Assembly (NCBI GenBank): GCA_963840855.1
Contig: CAWJBB010000058.1
Coordinates: 32,001-96,000, forward strand
Reading direction: 5' to 3'
Length of the DNA: 64,000 nt
Source: an uncultured delta proteobacterium
GTDB taxonomy: Bacteria; Desulfobacterota; Binatia; UBA9968
Shown piece after piece: positions 20,745 to 30,058 of this stretch. How positions within the stretch are numbered: position 1 is the stretch's first letter; every line of letters begins with the position of its first letter. Below the pieces are notes generated by a model. That model had not been told where the DNA came from, did not search any database, and worked only from the letters and a program-made list of their open reading frames with translations. The position numbers and the translations under genes are program-made.

Positions 20745-22091
20745 TTGGGATTTGCGCACACTCCGGAGACCACTCTGATTTCACCGATAAGCGGCAAAGA
20801 AGAACCGCGGACGCAGGCGCGCGACGCAGCTGACGCGACGCCGTCAAACAGAAGTCCCTTCAGCGCGCTACTGCGCCTGCCAGCGTTACAGGCAATGAAC
20901 CACCGTGACTTCCGTCTGCTGTGGTTCGGCCATGTGTTTTCGTCGATGGCGTTCTGGATGGATCAAGTCACCCGCGGTTGGCTGATTTACGAATTGACCG
21001 ATTCCACCGTCCAGTTGGGTCTCGTGCGCGGCGTGCAGGCTCTCCCTATCCTCTTGTTATCGCCCATCGCGGGCAGCACCGCCGACCGCTATTCACGCAA
21101 GATGCAAATACTGGTTGCGCAGATTATCGACGGCGCGATGCTCGCCGCCCTCGCGCTGCTGATCCTTGCTGGATTGATTCAACCTTGGCATGTCTACGCC
21201 ACCGCGTTCGGCATGGCGGTGGTGCAGACGTTTCAGCAACCGGCGCGCGCGGCAATCATCGCCGACGTCGTCCCATCCAACAATCTCACCAACGCCATCG
21301 GTCTCAACTCCATCATCTTCAACGTCGCGCGTAGCACCGGTCCCGCGCTGGCGGGCGTGCTCATCGCCACCTGGGGCACAGGCGGCACTTACGGTATCCA
21401 GGCGATATTTTTTTTATTGGCGACATACTGGACTCTGCGTTTGCACCAAACCGAGCGACACGCTGCTTCCTCTCACCGCCACGCGGGTGTTTCCTTCGGC
21501 CGAAGTATCATCGAAGGTTGGAAGTTCAGTTGGCGCAATGAAACCGTTCGCGCCGCTTTGCTAATCACCATGCTTGCGTCCCTGTTCATCGTCCCGTTCA
21601 CGACGTTGTTGCCGGTGTTCGCGCGCGACATTCTCGCGGTGGGCGCCAGCGGCCAGGGACTGTTGCTTACGGCGATGGGTGTGGGCGCCCTCGGCAGCGC
21701 CGTCATCATCGCCTCCTTCGGCGACCGGATGCCGAGGGGAATTTTCATGCTCGGCGGCGTGACATTGTACGGTATCGGCGTCGTGGTTTTCGCGGCCTCT
21801 CCCTGGTTTAACCTTTCGATGGCGTTGATGGTGATCGTCGGTTTCGCCAACGTCTGCTCTCATGCGCTGGTGCAAACGGTTTTACAGACTTATGCGCCGC
21901 CGGAATTTCGTGGCCGCACCATCGCGCTGTTTCACATGGGACAGGTGGTAATGACGGTGGGAAGCATGCTCATTGGGGCTCTGGCTGCCCTGTGGGGAAC
22001 CCAATGGGCCGTTGCGTCCATGGGAGCCGCCGGCGCCCTGGCCATGCTGGGTATTCAGATCATATTACCGAGGACGCGGCATATCCGGTAA
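20745..22091 (+). CDS. MFS transporter (DUF894/EntS-like)
   Basis: HRDFRLLW, ADRYSRK, PARAAII..NAIGLNS, FRGR; start uncertain. Confidence 0.88.
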   Translation: MGFAHTPETTLISPISGKEEPRTQARDAADATPSNRSPFSALLRLPALQAMNHRDFRLLWFGHVFSSMAFWMDQVTRGWLIYELTDSTVQLGLVRGVQALPILLLSPIAGSTADRYSRKMQILVAQIIDGAMLAALALLILAGLIQPWHVYATAFGMAVVQTFQQPARAAIIADVVPSNNLTNAIGLNSIIFNVARSTGPALAGVLIATWGTGGTYGIQAIFFLLATYWTLRLHQTERHAASSHRHAGVSFGRSIIEGWKFSWRNETVRAALLITMLASLFIVPFTTLLPVFARDILAVGASGQGLLLTAMGVGALGSAVIIASFGDRMPRGIFMLGGVTLYGIGVVVFAASPWFNLSMALMVIVGFANVCSHALVQTVLQTYAPPEFRGRTIALFHMGQVVMTVGSMLIGALAALWGTQWAVASMGAAGALAMLGIQIILPRTRHIR

Positions 22092-22126
22092 AGAACCATG
22101 GCTAGAAAAACCTTGATAATCAATGC

Positions 22127-22258
22127 TAGTGTCCTGGACTAAGATGCGCAAATTGAGTGAGCCCCCCTCCCCAACGTCATATCCGCGAAAGCGGGCTTGT
22201 AAGGGCGGGTTTCAAACCCGCCCTTACCCTGGATTCCTAACGAGCTTCACAGACACCG
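22127..22258. repeat. Composite MITE/REP, copy 2
   Basis: Begins ctagtgtcctgg; near-identical core to 19403-19501. Confidence 0.7.
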
Positions 22259-22297
22259 CACCGGGAGAACACTTATGAATTCTAATCAGGAGTGAAA

Positions 22298-23773
22298 ATG
22301 GCCAAAAATCCCGAAATTGACGTCCTCGTGATCGGTGGCGGAACGGCTGCATTTGAGGCGGCCGTAGCGGCGCGCCAAGCCGGAGCCGAACGGGTTCTAT
22401 TGTTGGAAAAAGCGCCTGAGGGCGAGTTTGGCGGCAATGCGCGTTTTTCCCACACCGGCTTTCGCTTCGTTCATGGCGGCGCGCGCGAGATGCGCGAATT
22501 CTTGCCGCAACTCGACGAGCCGACTTTCCGAGCTTTGAATCCCCATCCTTACACGACTGAAGATTTCATGGCCGATCTCGCGCGTGTCACCCAGGGACGT
22601 ATCAATAAAGAATTAGCCCTTACCCTGGCCAGCAATTCGAACCAGGCCTTGCACTGGATGTTAAACTTAGGAATAAAGTTCGAGCTGGACGCGCAGAGCT
22701 ATGCGGTGATCGACGGCCGCTATTTCTTCGAGCCGGGCCGTGGTCTGCAAACCACCGGCGGCGGACTCGGCCAACTCATGCAGTGGCGCGACCTGGCGCA
22801 ACGAATGGGAATTGAAATTCGCTACGATGCCAAAGTTTCCGCCTTGCACGGCAGCCAACAGCGCATCGAGAGCGTTAGCGTTACCGGTCCGCAGGTGGAA
22901 TACGAGGTGCCGGCGAAGGCCGTCATTCTCTGCGCGGGCGGTTTCCAGGCAAGCACGGAGATGCGGGCTCGCTATCTTGGACCGAATGCGGATCTCATGA
23001 AGGTGCGCGGTAGCAAGCATGATACCGGCGAAGTTTTGCAAATGGCGTTGGCGCTCGGCGCAAAATCCGCCGGGCACTGGCAAGGAGCCCATGCGACCCC
23101 CGTCGACACAACTTTCCCCGACGTCGAGGTGAGCAACAACGCCAACCGTTATAGTTATATGTTTGGCATCACGGTAAACACCCTCGGCACACGCTTCTTC
23201 GACGAAGGGGAAGCGGAGCACTCTTACACTTACGCGAAAACGGGTTGGGCGGTATTAGGACAACCGGGGGGAGTCGCCTACCAGATCTTCGATCAGAAAG
23301 GTCTGCCGCTCCTGATCGCGAACCGTTACGTGCATGCGACGCCCACGGAAGCTCCGACCATCGCCGAGCTGGCGCGCAAGCTCGGGCTGGAACCGGCCGT
23401 CCTGCAACATACCGTCGAAGAGTTTAATAACGCGGTTCCAGATAGTCCGCCGCTCGATCCCACTAAACGGGACGGCAGGGCGACCGTCGGAGTGCAGCCA
23501 AAGAAATCCAACTGGGCGATGAAAATCGATCAACCGCCCTTTTGCGCCTACCCCGTAACCTGTGGCATTACGTTTACTTTCGGCGGGGTCGAGATAAACA
23601 CTCACGGGCAGGTGGTCAACACCGGCGGGCAACCGATTCGCGGGCTGTTTGCTTCAGGCGATATCATGGGTCTCTTTTATCACAACTATCCTTCGTGCAG
23701 CGGGCAAACCCGCAATTTAGTTTTCGGCATGATCGCGGGGAAAAGTGCCGCGAATTCACTGCATGGTTGGTAA
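22298..23773 (+). CDS. FAD-dependent tricarballylate dehydrogenase TcuA-like oxidoreductase
   Basis: VIGGGTAA, GGNARFS, GGFQA, RFFDEG, GITFTFGG, GLFYHNYP. Confidence 0.85.
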   Translation: MAKNPEIDVLVIGGGTAAFEAAVAARQAGAERVLLLEKAPEGEFGGNARFSHTGFRFVHGGAREMREFLPQLDEPTFRALNPHPYTTEDFMADLARVTQGRINKELALTLASNSNQALHWMLNLGIKFELDAQSYAVIDGRYFFEPGRGLQTTGGGLGQLMQWRDLAQRMGIEIRYDAKVSALHGSQQRIESVSVTGPQVEYEVPAKAVILCAGGFQASTEMRARYLGPNADLMKVRGSKHDTGEVLQMALALGAKSAGHWQGAHATPVDTTFPDVEVSNNANRYSYMFGITVNTLGTRFFDEGEAEHSYTYAKTGWAVLGQPGGVAYQIFDQKGLPLLIANRYVHATPTEAPTIAELARKLGLEPAVLQHTVEEFNNAVPDSPPLDPTKRDGRATVGVQPKKSNWAMKIDQPPFCAYPVTCGITFTFGGVEINTHGQVVNTGGQPIRGLFASGDIMGLFYHNYPSCSGQTRNLVFGMIAGKSAANSLHGW

Positions 23774-23890
23774 CCGCCTTTGGCGTGACGAGGAGGAAGT
23801 AACCATGCCTTACGATGCCGAGCCGGGATGTCGAACAACGTGAGACCGGGCAATCACCTCCCTGCCATAAATACAGCGCGGGAGACGACG

Positions 23891-24961
23891 ATGCATTCAA
23901 ATCGACACTTGCGAAGATGCTTCAAGATTGTTGCGCTCGCCGTTGCGCTAGACTTCGCGCCGTTTACCGGCCTGCTCCATGCCCAGACGCCTTTTTATCA
24001 AGGCAAGACGCTGACCGTCATCAACGGCAACGAACCGGGCGGCACCGCGGATCAACGCATGCGCGCCGTGCTGCCGTTTTTTAAGAAACACATTCCCGGC
24101 TCACCGACGGTGGTCGCCGAGTACATGCCCGGCGGGGGCGGTCGCAAGGTCGCCAATCACATCTACGGCGCGGCTCGCCCGGATGGTCTTACCATGGCTT
24201 TCCCTCCGGGTAGCTTCATAACTTACGCGGTGTTCAAAGAGACCGGCGTCAACTACGACATTAATAAACTGATTTTCGTCGGCTCTCCCGAAAGCGCCAC
24301 TCAATATGTGTTCTTAACGCGCAAAGAAGCAGGTTTAAACAGCCTCGATAAGCTCAAAGCCGCAACGGGTATAAGAATTGGCGCGCAGTCAGTGGGGCAT
24401 ACGATATACATCGTCGGCCGGCTGTTTGCCCATGTGCTCCGTCTCAAAGAACCGAAGTTCATTACGGGCTACTCCGGTCCGGAACTCGATATCGTCCTGA
24501 CCCGAGGCGAGATCGACGCGCGGCCGAATATTCCCGACACTATTCTGCAACGCAGCCCGGAGTTCATAAAAAAAGGCACCGTGGATTTTCACGCAATGCT
24601 GGAAATACCCAGGGGCGATAAACATCCGCAGTTCAAGCACCTGCCTGAGATATCCGATCTCGCAAGCACCGATCTGGACCGCAAGGCCATCACTCTCTTC
24701 CGCTCGCTGCGTTTGGTCGGTTCACCGTTTATTTTGCCTCCCGCAACACCGAAAGACCGCGCGGAAATCTTGCGCGAGGCATTTCGCAAGATCGCAGCCG
24801 ACTCCGAATTCCAAAAGGAATTCAAGAAACTTGTGGGGGACGATCCGACCCCGCTGTCAGCGGAGGGCATGGAAAACGCGCTCCGCGAGCTGCCGCTGGA
24901 GGACTCGGTGATCGACTTCTTCAAACAAATCTCCGGTTCAGGCCCTCTTCCGCGGAGTTAG
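23891..24961 (+). CDS. Bug/TctC tripartite tricarboxylate transporter receptor
   Basis: PFYQGKT, PGGTAD, MPGGGG, PDGLT, ITGYSG, RGEID, PPATPKDR. Confidence 0.88.
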   Translation: MHSNRHLRRCFKIVALAVALDFAPFTGLLHAQTPFYQGKTLTVINGNEPGGTADQRMRAVLPFFKKHIPGSPTVVAEYMPGGGGRKVANHIYGAARPDGLTMAFPPGSFITYAVFKETGVNYDINKLIFVGSPESATQYVFLTRKEAGLNSLDKLKAATGIRIGAQSVGHTIYIVGRLFAHVLRLKEPKFITGYSGPELDIVLTRGEIDARPNIPDTILQRSPEFIKKGTVDFHAMLEIPRGDKHPQFKHLPEISDLASTDLDRKAITLFRSLRLVGSPFILPPATPKDRAEILREAFRKIAADSEFQKEFKKLVGDDPTPLSAEGMENALRELPLEDSVIDFFKQISGSGPLPRS

Positions 24962-25020
24962 CCGCAGCAAGGACTTTGGGACGTCGCGACGCTCACCCTA
25001 ACGCTGGGTACAGCCTTGCA

Positions 25021-25056
25021 TTGACTCAGATTCTGGTATGAAGTATTGTCATACCA
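25021..25056 (+). promoter_or_regulatory. Sigma70 promoter with palindromic operator for the TA operon
   Basis: TTGACT-17 bp-TATTGT overlapped by the inverted repeat tggtatga/tcatacca. Confidence 0.7.
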
Positions 25057-25067
25057 TGAGGTGAGGT

Positions 25068-25310
25068 ATGGCGCGATCCAAAGTTGCAATTTCCTTAGAT
25101 GAATCCACCCTGAACCGGCTCGATCAGCTGGTTAAGAAGCACGTCTTTCCCAACCGTAGCCAGGCCATCGAGGAAGCCGTTGCGGAGAAACTCGCGCGGC
25201 TCGAGAAAAGTCGGCTAGCTCAAGAGTGCGCCAAACTTGATCCCACCTTCGAAAAAGCGCTTGCGGAAGAAGGGCTATCCGAGGACCTGGCGGAATGGCC
25301 CAAATACTGA
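25068..25310 (+). CDS. Ribbon-helix-helix antitoxin (CopG/MazE-type)
   Basis: KVAISLD..L..LD...NRSQAIEEA; overlaps the toxin gene. Confidence 0.88.
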   Translation: MARSKVAISLDESTLNRLDQLVKKHVFPNRSQAIEEAVAEKLARLEKSRLAQECAKLDPTFEKALAEEGLSEDLAEWPKY

Positions 25311-25633
25311 GGGGTGAGATCCGCTGGGCCGACTTGAATCCGGTACGAGGGCGAGAACAAGCAGGACAGCGGCCAGTTTTGATTCTGAGCCAGGACGTTT
25401 TCAACGAACGCTCCGGAACGGTGATTGCCGTTGCTCTCACGAGTCAACCTCAACGCGCCGGCTTTCCTTTAACACTTGAACTTCATGCAAGAGGACTCCC
25501 GAAGAAATCCTGGGTGAAAATCAGCCAGGTCCGAACCCTTGCGGTCGAAAGGATTGGGAAGGTGATTGCCAGAGCGTCGCCAGAGGAGTTGGCTCAGGTC
25601 GTTGAAGGATTGAACGAGATCATCGGAAACTAA
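25295..25633 (+). CDS. mazF: PemK/MazF family endoribonuclease toxin
   Basis: [35 protein letters not shown]. Confidence 0.92.
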   Translation: MAQILRGEIRWADLNPVRGREQAGQRPVLILSQDVFNERSGTVIAVALTSQPQRAGFPLTLELHARGLPKKSWVKISQVRTLAVERIGKVIARASPEELAQVVEGLNEIIGN

Positions 25634-25888
25634 CCATTCCCGCTGACGTTTTTTTTCGAGCAGAAGAAGAGATCAAAAAGAGCCTTTCCCCCTCTCACGG
25701 AGAATTCGGTGATCGACTTTTTCAAGCAAATCTCCGGCTCCGGCCCTCTTCCGCGAAGCTAGCGCTAGCCAAGCCTTCGCGGCAGACCGCTGCAAGCGCC
25801 ACAATAATCTATCCCTAGAATCGGGGCAGGAAAGGGCGGCGCATTCCGTTGTTGCGCCAACCTTAATCTGTGCAGGATATATTGATGC

Positions 25889-26029
25889 TATACTGACCAA
25901 GGATATTGGTTATACCTGCGAGAAAGAATAATTGACAACTTATTGATTGAAGCAGTAAATTTCATTGCGGTGATTTCGGTGAATCCAATATCGCTGGTCA
26001 GTATACTCAATGGTTATCAATGGTTATAT
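25889..26029 (+). promoter_or_regulatory. Putative Pc promoter/attI-like region heading the cassette array
   Basis: TTGACA (25932)-18 bp-TAAATT between 21-bp inverted repeats; tandem caatggttat; GTTATAT at 26023 is complementary to ATATAAC of the first attC. Confidence 0.5.
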
Positions 26030-26067
26030 ACTGCGTGATAGCCGCTTTCTTCGGTAATTGGTGACGG

Positions 26068-26769
26068 GTGGACTACAAGGAACTGATCATAGACATTGAA
26101 AAGACTCCGGTCGACGGGGAGGGTATCGCTAAGAATATCAGTAGGCTCTTGAAACATGAGAAGTATTTGGAGGAGAGAAAAGACATCAACGATCCATTCG
26201 CGAAAGGTTTGCTCGACACAGCTCCGTCCTTCATTCGGAAGCAGATCGAGAGACTAAAACTGCACCTCGGCGATGATGTGGACATTATTTCCTGGATATC
26301 TCGCAACTTGATGGAACTTTTCTTCACTCTCCGATACATGTACAGCTCTCAGGAACGATATGATGAGGTTATTGGTGAACAACTCAAAGACCTAAAGGAG
26401 ATAGAAAATCTTCTCTACCCCGGTAGTTCACCCGAACACGACGCGCCAGGAGGGGTGAAAGCCTTCCATTCAGACATGCAAAAGCTCTGGGAGGGAATAG
26501 AGAAGTACGGAGTAAAGCGAAATGATTTGAAAAGACCAAACACCGTTAGACACTATGCCGAAGGGGCAAAACTTATGCACGACTATGCCCTGTTTTGGCG
26601 CATTCACTCGAAGTACGTGCACCCAACCTCTTACTTGTTGTTTGGTCGAAGGAACGTTGTCTGTGGTGACGATCCCCGACGCTTCTTTTTATCAACGTCC
26701 CAATACTATGCAGCTCGAAATCTACGGGATCTTCACAAAATGATTGAGGCTGCGCCTAATGGCGAGTGA
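26068..26769 (+). CDS. Cassette 1: hypothetical helical protein, DUF5677/HEPN-like
   Basis: Low GC; SRNLMEL and RIHSKYVHPT motifs. Confidence 0.55.
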   Translation: MDYKELIIDIEKTPVDGEGIAKNISRLLKHEKYLEERKDINDPFAKGLLDTAPSFIRKQIERLKLHLGDDVDIISWISRNLMELFFTLRYMYSSQERYDEVIGEQLKDLKEIENLLYPGSSPEHDAPGGVKAFHSDMQKLWEGIEKYGVKRNDLKRPNTVRHYAEGAKLMHDYALFWRIHSKYVHPTSYLLFGRRNVVCGDDPRRFFLSTSQYYAARNLRDLHKMIEAAPNGE

Positions 26770-26772
26770 GAC

Positions 26773-26852
26773 ATATAACCATCGGCTTGAAACGGATCTC
26801 GGACCCGCTCGCTTAGCTCGCTGGCCTCGTCCGTTCAGCCTTCGCGTTGGGC
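26773..26852 (+). other. attC site
   Basis: atataac...ggcttgaaacgga...tccgttcagcc...gttgggc. Confidence 0.85.
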
Positions 26853-26904
26853 GTTACATGAACGTTCCGCAATGTGACGGTCAGGAGACAGTAAAGAGGG
26901 ATGA

Positions 26905-28595
26905 GTGCCATCACTAGAGGAAATCCGCATCGACCTCGAAGGGATTGCGCATGTTCTTGCCGATAACCGGCTGAAAGTTCCGGTCTTTCAGCGATCCTAC
27001 GCGTGGGAAAAGTCTCACGTGACCGATCTCCTCCAAGACATCACTAGCGCTCTGCGGGCTGGGGCACAGGAGTACTTTCTTGGATCGATCGTTGTCTCCA
27101 CTGAGCACTCCGGAGTGCTGGAGGTCGTCGACGGACAGCAGCGTCTTGCCACCGTCACTATCATCCTTGCGCAGATACGAGACTATTTCCTAAGCCAAGG
27201 TGAGGAGGAGCGTGCCGCAACTCTCGAGCGTGACTATCTCCTCAAGCGCGATCTGACACAAGAGCCGGCGCCGAAGTTGACCTTGAATGAGATCGATAAC
27301 GGATTCTTCCAAAAGTCCATCCTCTCTCGTCCCGGCACAACGGACCGCGGAGTGCTCCCTACACGCACTTCACACAAACTGCTTAGTGACGCTTCCACAA
27401 CGGCGGCCAAGCATATCGCGTCGGTCGTCGCCACAACCAAGACACCGATCGACCTATTGCTCGACTATGTGGAGTACCTGGGAGAGAAGGCGAAAGTTAT
27501 CCTTGTTCGAGTCCCCGATCACGCAAACGCATTCACCATCTTCGAGACCCTGAATGATCGTGGTCTCGAGCTAGCCATATCTGATCTTCTCAAAAATTAT
27601 CTGTTCTATCGGGCAGAGAACCGGTTGCCCGAAGCTCAGGCTTCCTGGACGGCCATGTTGGGAGGCCTCTCCGCGGTTGTCGGAAATGACGCATCGGTGG
27701 TCGACTATGTCCGTCACTACTGGTCTTCTCACAATGGCGCGACGCGCGAGAGGGATCTCTACGCAGCGATCAGAAAGCGCGTATCGAGCAAGCAGGCCGC
27801 CGTTGATCTAGTAGCCCACGGCCTTGAAAATGGCGGCAGGCTATACGCCGCTATCCTGAGCCCCTCGCACGAGCTCTGGAGTGAGTACGGCGCAAGTGCC
27901 CGACAGCACATAGAGACAATCAACCTTCTCCGGATGGTGCAAGTGAGACCTCTTCTACTTGCGATCCTTGAGAAGTTCAGTCTGGCGGAGGCACGGAAGG
28001 CTCTTCGCGCCACGGTCGCATGGGGCGTAAGGTTCCTAGTGCACGGTGGCCTCGGGGGCGGGGTGCTTGAAGACAACTATTGTGAGCGTGCCAAGAGCAT
28101 CCATTCAGGAAAGATTACCACAGCCGCGCAACTCCTTAAGGCAATGGCTGCCGTCGTGCCCGCAGATAGAGCATTCGAAGAGGCCTTCGCCTCGGCCTCG
28201 GTAGCCCAAGCCTATCTAGCGCGATACTTCTAAGGGCATTGGAAAAACAGTCGCGAGGAGAGCAAGAACCAGAGCTAGTTCCGAACCCGAACGAAGAAGA
28301 GGTCAACCTTGAACACGTGTTGCCTCTCAAGCCGGAAAAGGCCTGGCCGGAGTTTGACGACGAAACGGCGCGGGCGTATCAGCGACGGCTTGGCAATATG
28401 GTTCTCCTGCAACAGAAGCTCAACGCGTCACTCAAGAGTGCTCCCTTCTCAAGGAAGCGTCCGATGCTCACCTCATCGCAGTTCTCACTTACCGCGGGCG
28501 TTGGCAAAGCGGCGAAATGGGATCCTGCTGCCATCGAAGAACGGCAACGAAAGCTCGCGCAACTTGCCGTCAAGACGTGGAAGATCAAAGGTTGA
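26905..28595 (+). pseudogene. Cassette 2: DUF262-DUF1524 (GmrSD-like) nuclease, frameshifted at ~28230
   Basis: VPVFQRSYAW, DGQQR, FETLNDRG; then EHVLP, RLGNMVLL..N in another frame; one missing C restores RYFLRALEK. Confidence 0.85.
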
Positions 28596-28605
28596 TGACA
28601 GTGCC

Positions 28606-28686
28606 GCCCAACAAAGCAATGAACCTGACCGGCCAACAGCGGCGCTTCGCTTGCCGTTGGCCGCCAGGTTATCGCCAGCGTTATGT
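28606..28686 (+). other. attC site
   Basis: gcccaac...aacctg..ggccaacagc..gccgttggcc..caggtt...gttatgt. Confidence 0.9.
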
Positions 28687-28875
28687 GACGAAGGACTATG
28701 CAGAGGATCAATCGGCGTAATCTTCTCCATGCTGGTATTGCCTTTATTGCAATGCCGTGGACAGCCATCCTACACATTGGTTGTTCGCCAAATCACGATA
28801 GTCTGGGCGGAAAGCCCGAATGAATTGTCTGGCGACCAATTGGTTGAGGACACGAACACTGAGAAAGGGAATACA

Positions 28876-29220
28876 ATGCAAATTCATTACCTCGAAATAG
28901 TGACACCGGATGTTGACGCGTCTGTTGCGCTATACTCCAAGATTCATGGCATTTCTTTCGGCGCCGCCGATGAGAGTCTAGGGGGCGCACGCACTGCCAA
29001 ACTGGCGAACGGCGGAACGCTGGGGATTCGAGCTCCGCTGCGACATACCGAGACCCAGGTGGTGCGTCCTTACTTCCTTGTCCATGATATTGAGGCAGCC
29101 GTCGCCGCTGCAGGCCAATCCGGCGCAAAAATCGCAATGCAGCCAACTGAGATCCCAGGACGCGGTAAATTCGCCATTTTGATTCAAGGAGGCATTGAAT
29201 CTGGATTGTGGCAGGTCTAA
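28876..29220 (+). CDS. Cassette 3: VOC/glyoxalase family protein
   Basis: HYLEIVTPD, PYFLVHDI, PTEIPGRGKFA; RBS aaggga. Confidence 0.85.
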   Translation: MQIHYLEIVTPDVDASVALYSKIHGISFGAADESLGGARTAKLANGGTLGIRAPLRHTETQVVRPYFLVHDIEAAVAAAGQSGAKIAMQPTEIPGRGKFAILIQGGIESGLWQV

Positions 29221-29236
29221 TTGTGGCCGTTTCGTC

Positions 29237-29363
29237 ACATAACAAGAGCGCTGCAGCGAACCGCCACCCCGCTTTGCAGTCGGACGGTTCGGATAATTTG
29301 TCAGCGACTGTTGCAGCCGACCAGGCGTTTCCGGCGGCGGTCGCTGAGCTTGGTCGGTTATGT
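29237..29363 (+). other. attC site (long)
   Basis: acataac...cagcgaaccgcc...ggcggtcgctgagc...gttatgt; ttcgtcacataac mirrors gttatgtgacgaa at 28680. Confidence 0.9.
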
Positions 29364-29384
29364 GGCCTTTGATCTGGATAAGCA

Positions 29385-29654
29385 ATGCCAGAGATTTCTA
29401 GGTTCTTCGGAATTATCATTCGTATGTTCGTCGAGGCCGGAGGACAGCATCATATGCCGCACTTTCACGCGTACTATCAGGACGATGTGGGAATCTACGA
29501 TATCGGCAAGATCGAGCGTTTGGCTGGTTCTCTTCCGCGCCGCCAGGAGCGCCTTGTTCTTGCCTGGACAGAGCTTCATCAAGAAGAATTATTGTCTAAT
29601 TGGCAGACGTTGCAACAGGGCCGTCCGCCCATTAAGATTGAACCGTTAAAGTGA
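29385..29654 (+). CDS. Cassette 4: DUF4160 family toxin
   Basis: MPEISRFFGIII, HHMPHFHAYY, LVLAW..LHQEELLSNW, IEPL. Confidence 0.88.
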   Translation: MPEISRFFGIIIRMFVEAGGQHHMPHFHAYYQDDVGIYDIGKIERLAGSLPRRQERLVLAWTELHQEELLSNWQTLQQGRPPIKIEPLK

Positions 29655-29666
29655 GAGGAGCCACCT

Positions 29667-29984
29667 ATGGCACATGAGATTTATCGGGTTTCGTCATTTC
29701 AGAAAGTAGCACCGTTCACGCTGCGCGTACAATTTGACGATGGAACGTCTCAAATCATCGATTTCCGTCCTGTTCTAAAGGGGGAACTGTACGGCCCTCT
29801 GCAAGAGCCCACACTTTTTGATCAGGTCCGCATCGATCCTGAGGTTCACACGCTCGTTTGGCCAAACGGCGCAGATTTTGACCCAGCAATTCTTCATAAC
29901 TGGTCCGAGTCAGGACCTGCACTCAAAGCTCTAGCGGAGCAATGGGTCTCTGCAAAGGGCAGCCTGACCGGGTCCGCCACATAA
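29667..29984 (+). CDS. Cassette 4: DUF2442 family antitoxin
   Basis: LRVQFDDG, FDQVRID, TLVWPNGADFDP. Confidence 0.88.
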   Translation: MAHEIYRVSSFQKVAPFTLRVQFDDGTSQIIDFRPVLKGELYGPLQEPTLFDQVRIDPEVHTLVWPNGADFDPAILHNWSESGPALKALAEQWVSAKGSLTGSAT

Positions 29985-30031
29985 CCTCGCCGCTTAAGCT
30001 GCCGGTACAGCTCAGCGGCATCTCGTTAGGC
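29979..30031 (+). other. attC site (short)
   Basis: acataac..gccgcttaagct..agctcagcggc..gttaggc. Confidence 0.85.
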
Positions 30032-30058
30032 ATGACTAAGGTCAACGCATAGGAGAGA

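Larger units (their letters stand above)
24905..25762 (+). repeat. 57-bp direct repeat (24905-24961 and 25706-25762) of the Bug gene 3' end, flanking a TA module
   Basis: Both copies translate SVIDFFKQISGSGPLPRS*; 6 mismatches, all synonymous. Confidence 0.85.

Noticed and set aside
25673-25900. Minus-strand ORF at the position where intI would sit
   Set aside because: 75 aa with no tyrosine-recombinase motifs; partly the antisense of the duplicated Bug gene end.
28309-29220. 303-aa ORF in the track
   Set aside because: Chance read-through across an attC; the real gene starts at 28876. The same applies to the extensions of the ORFs at 32851, 31067 and 32403.
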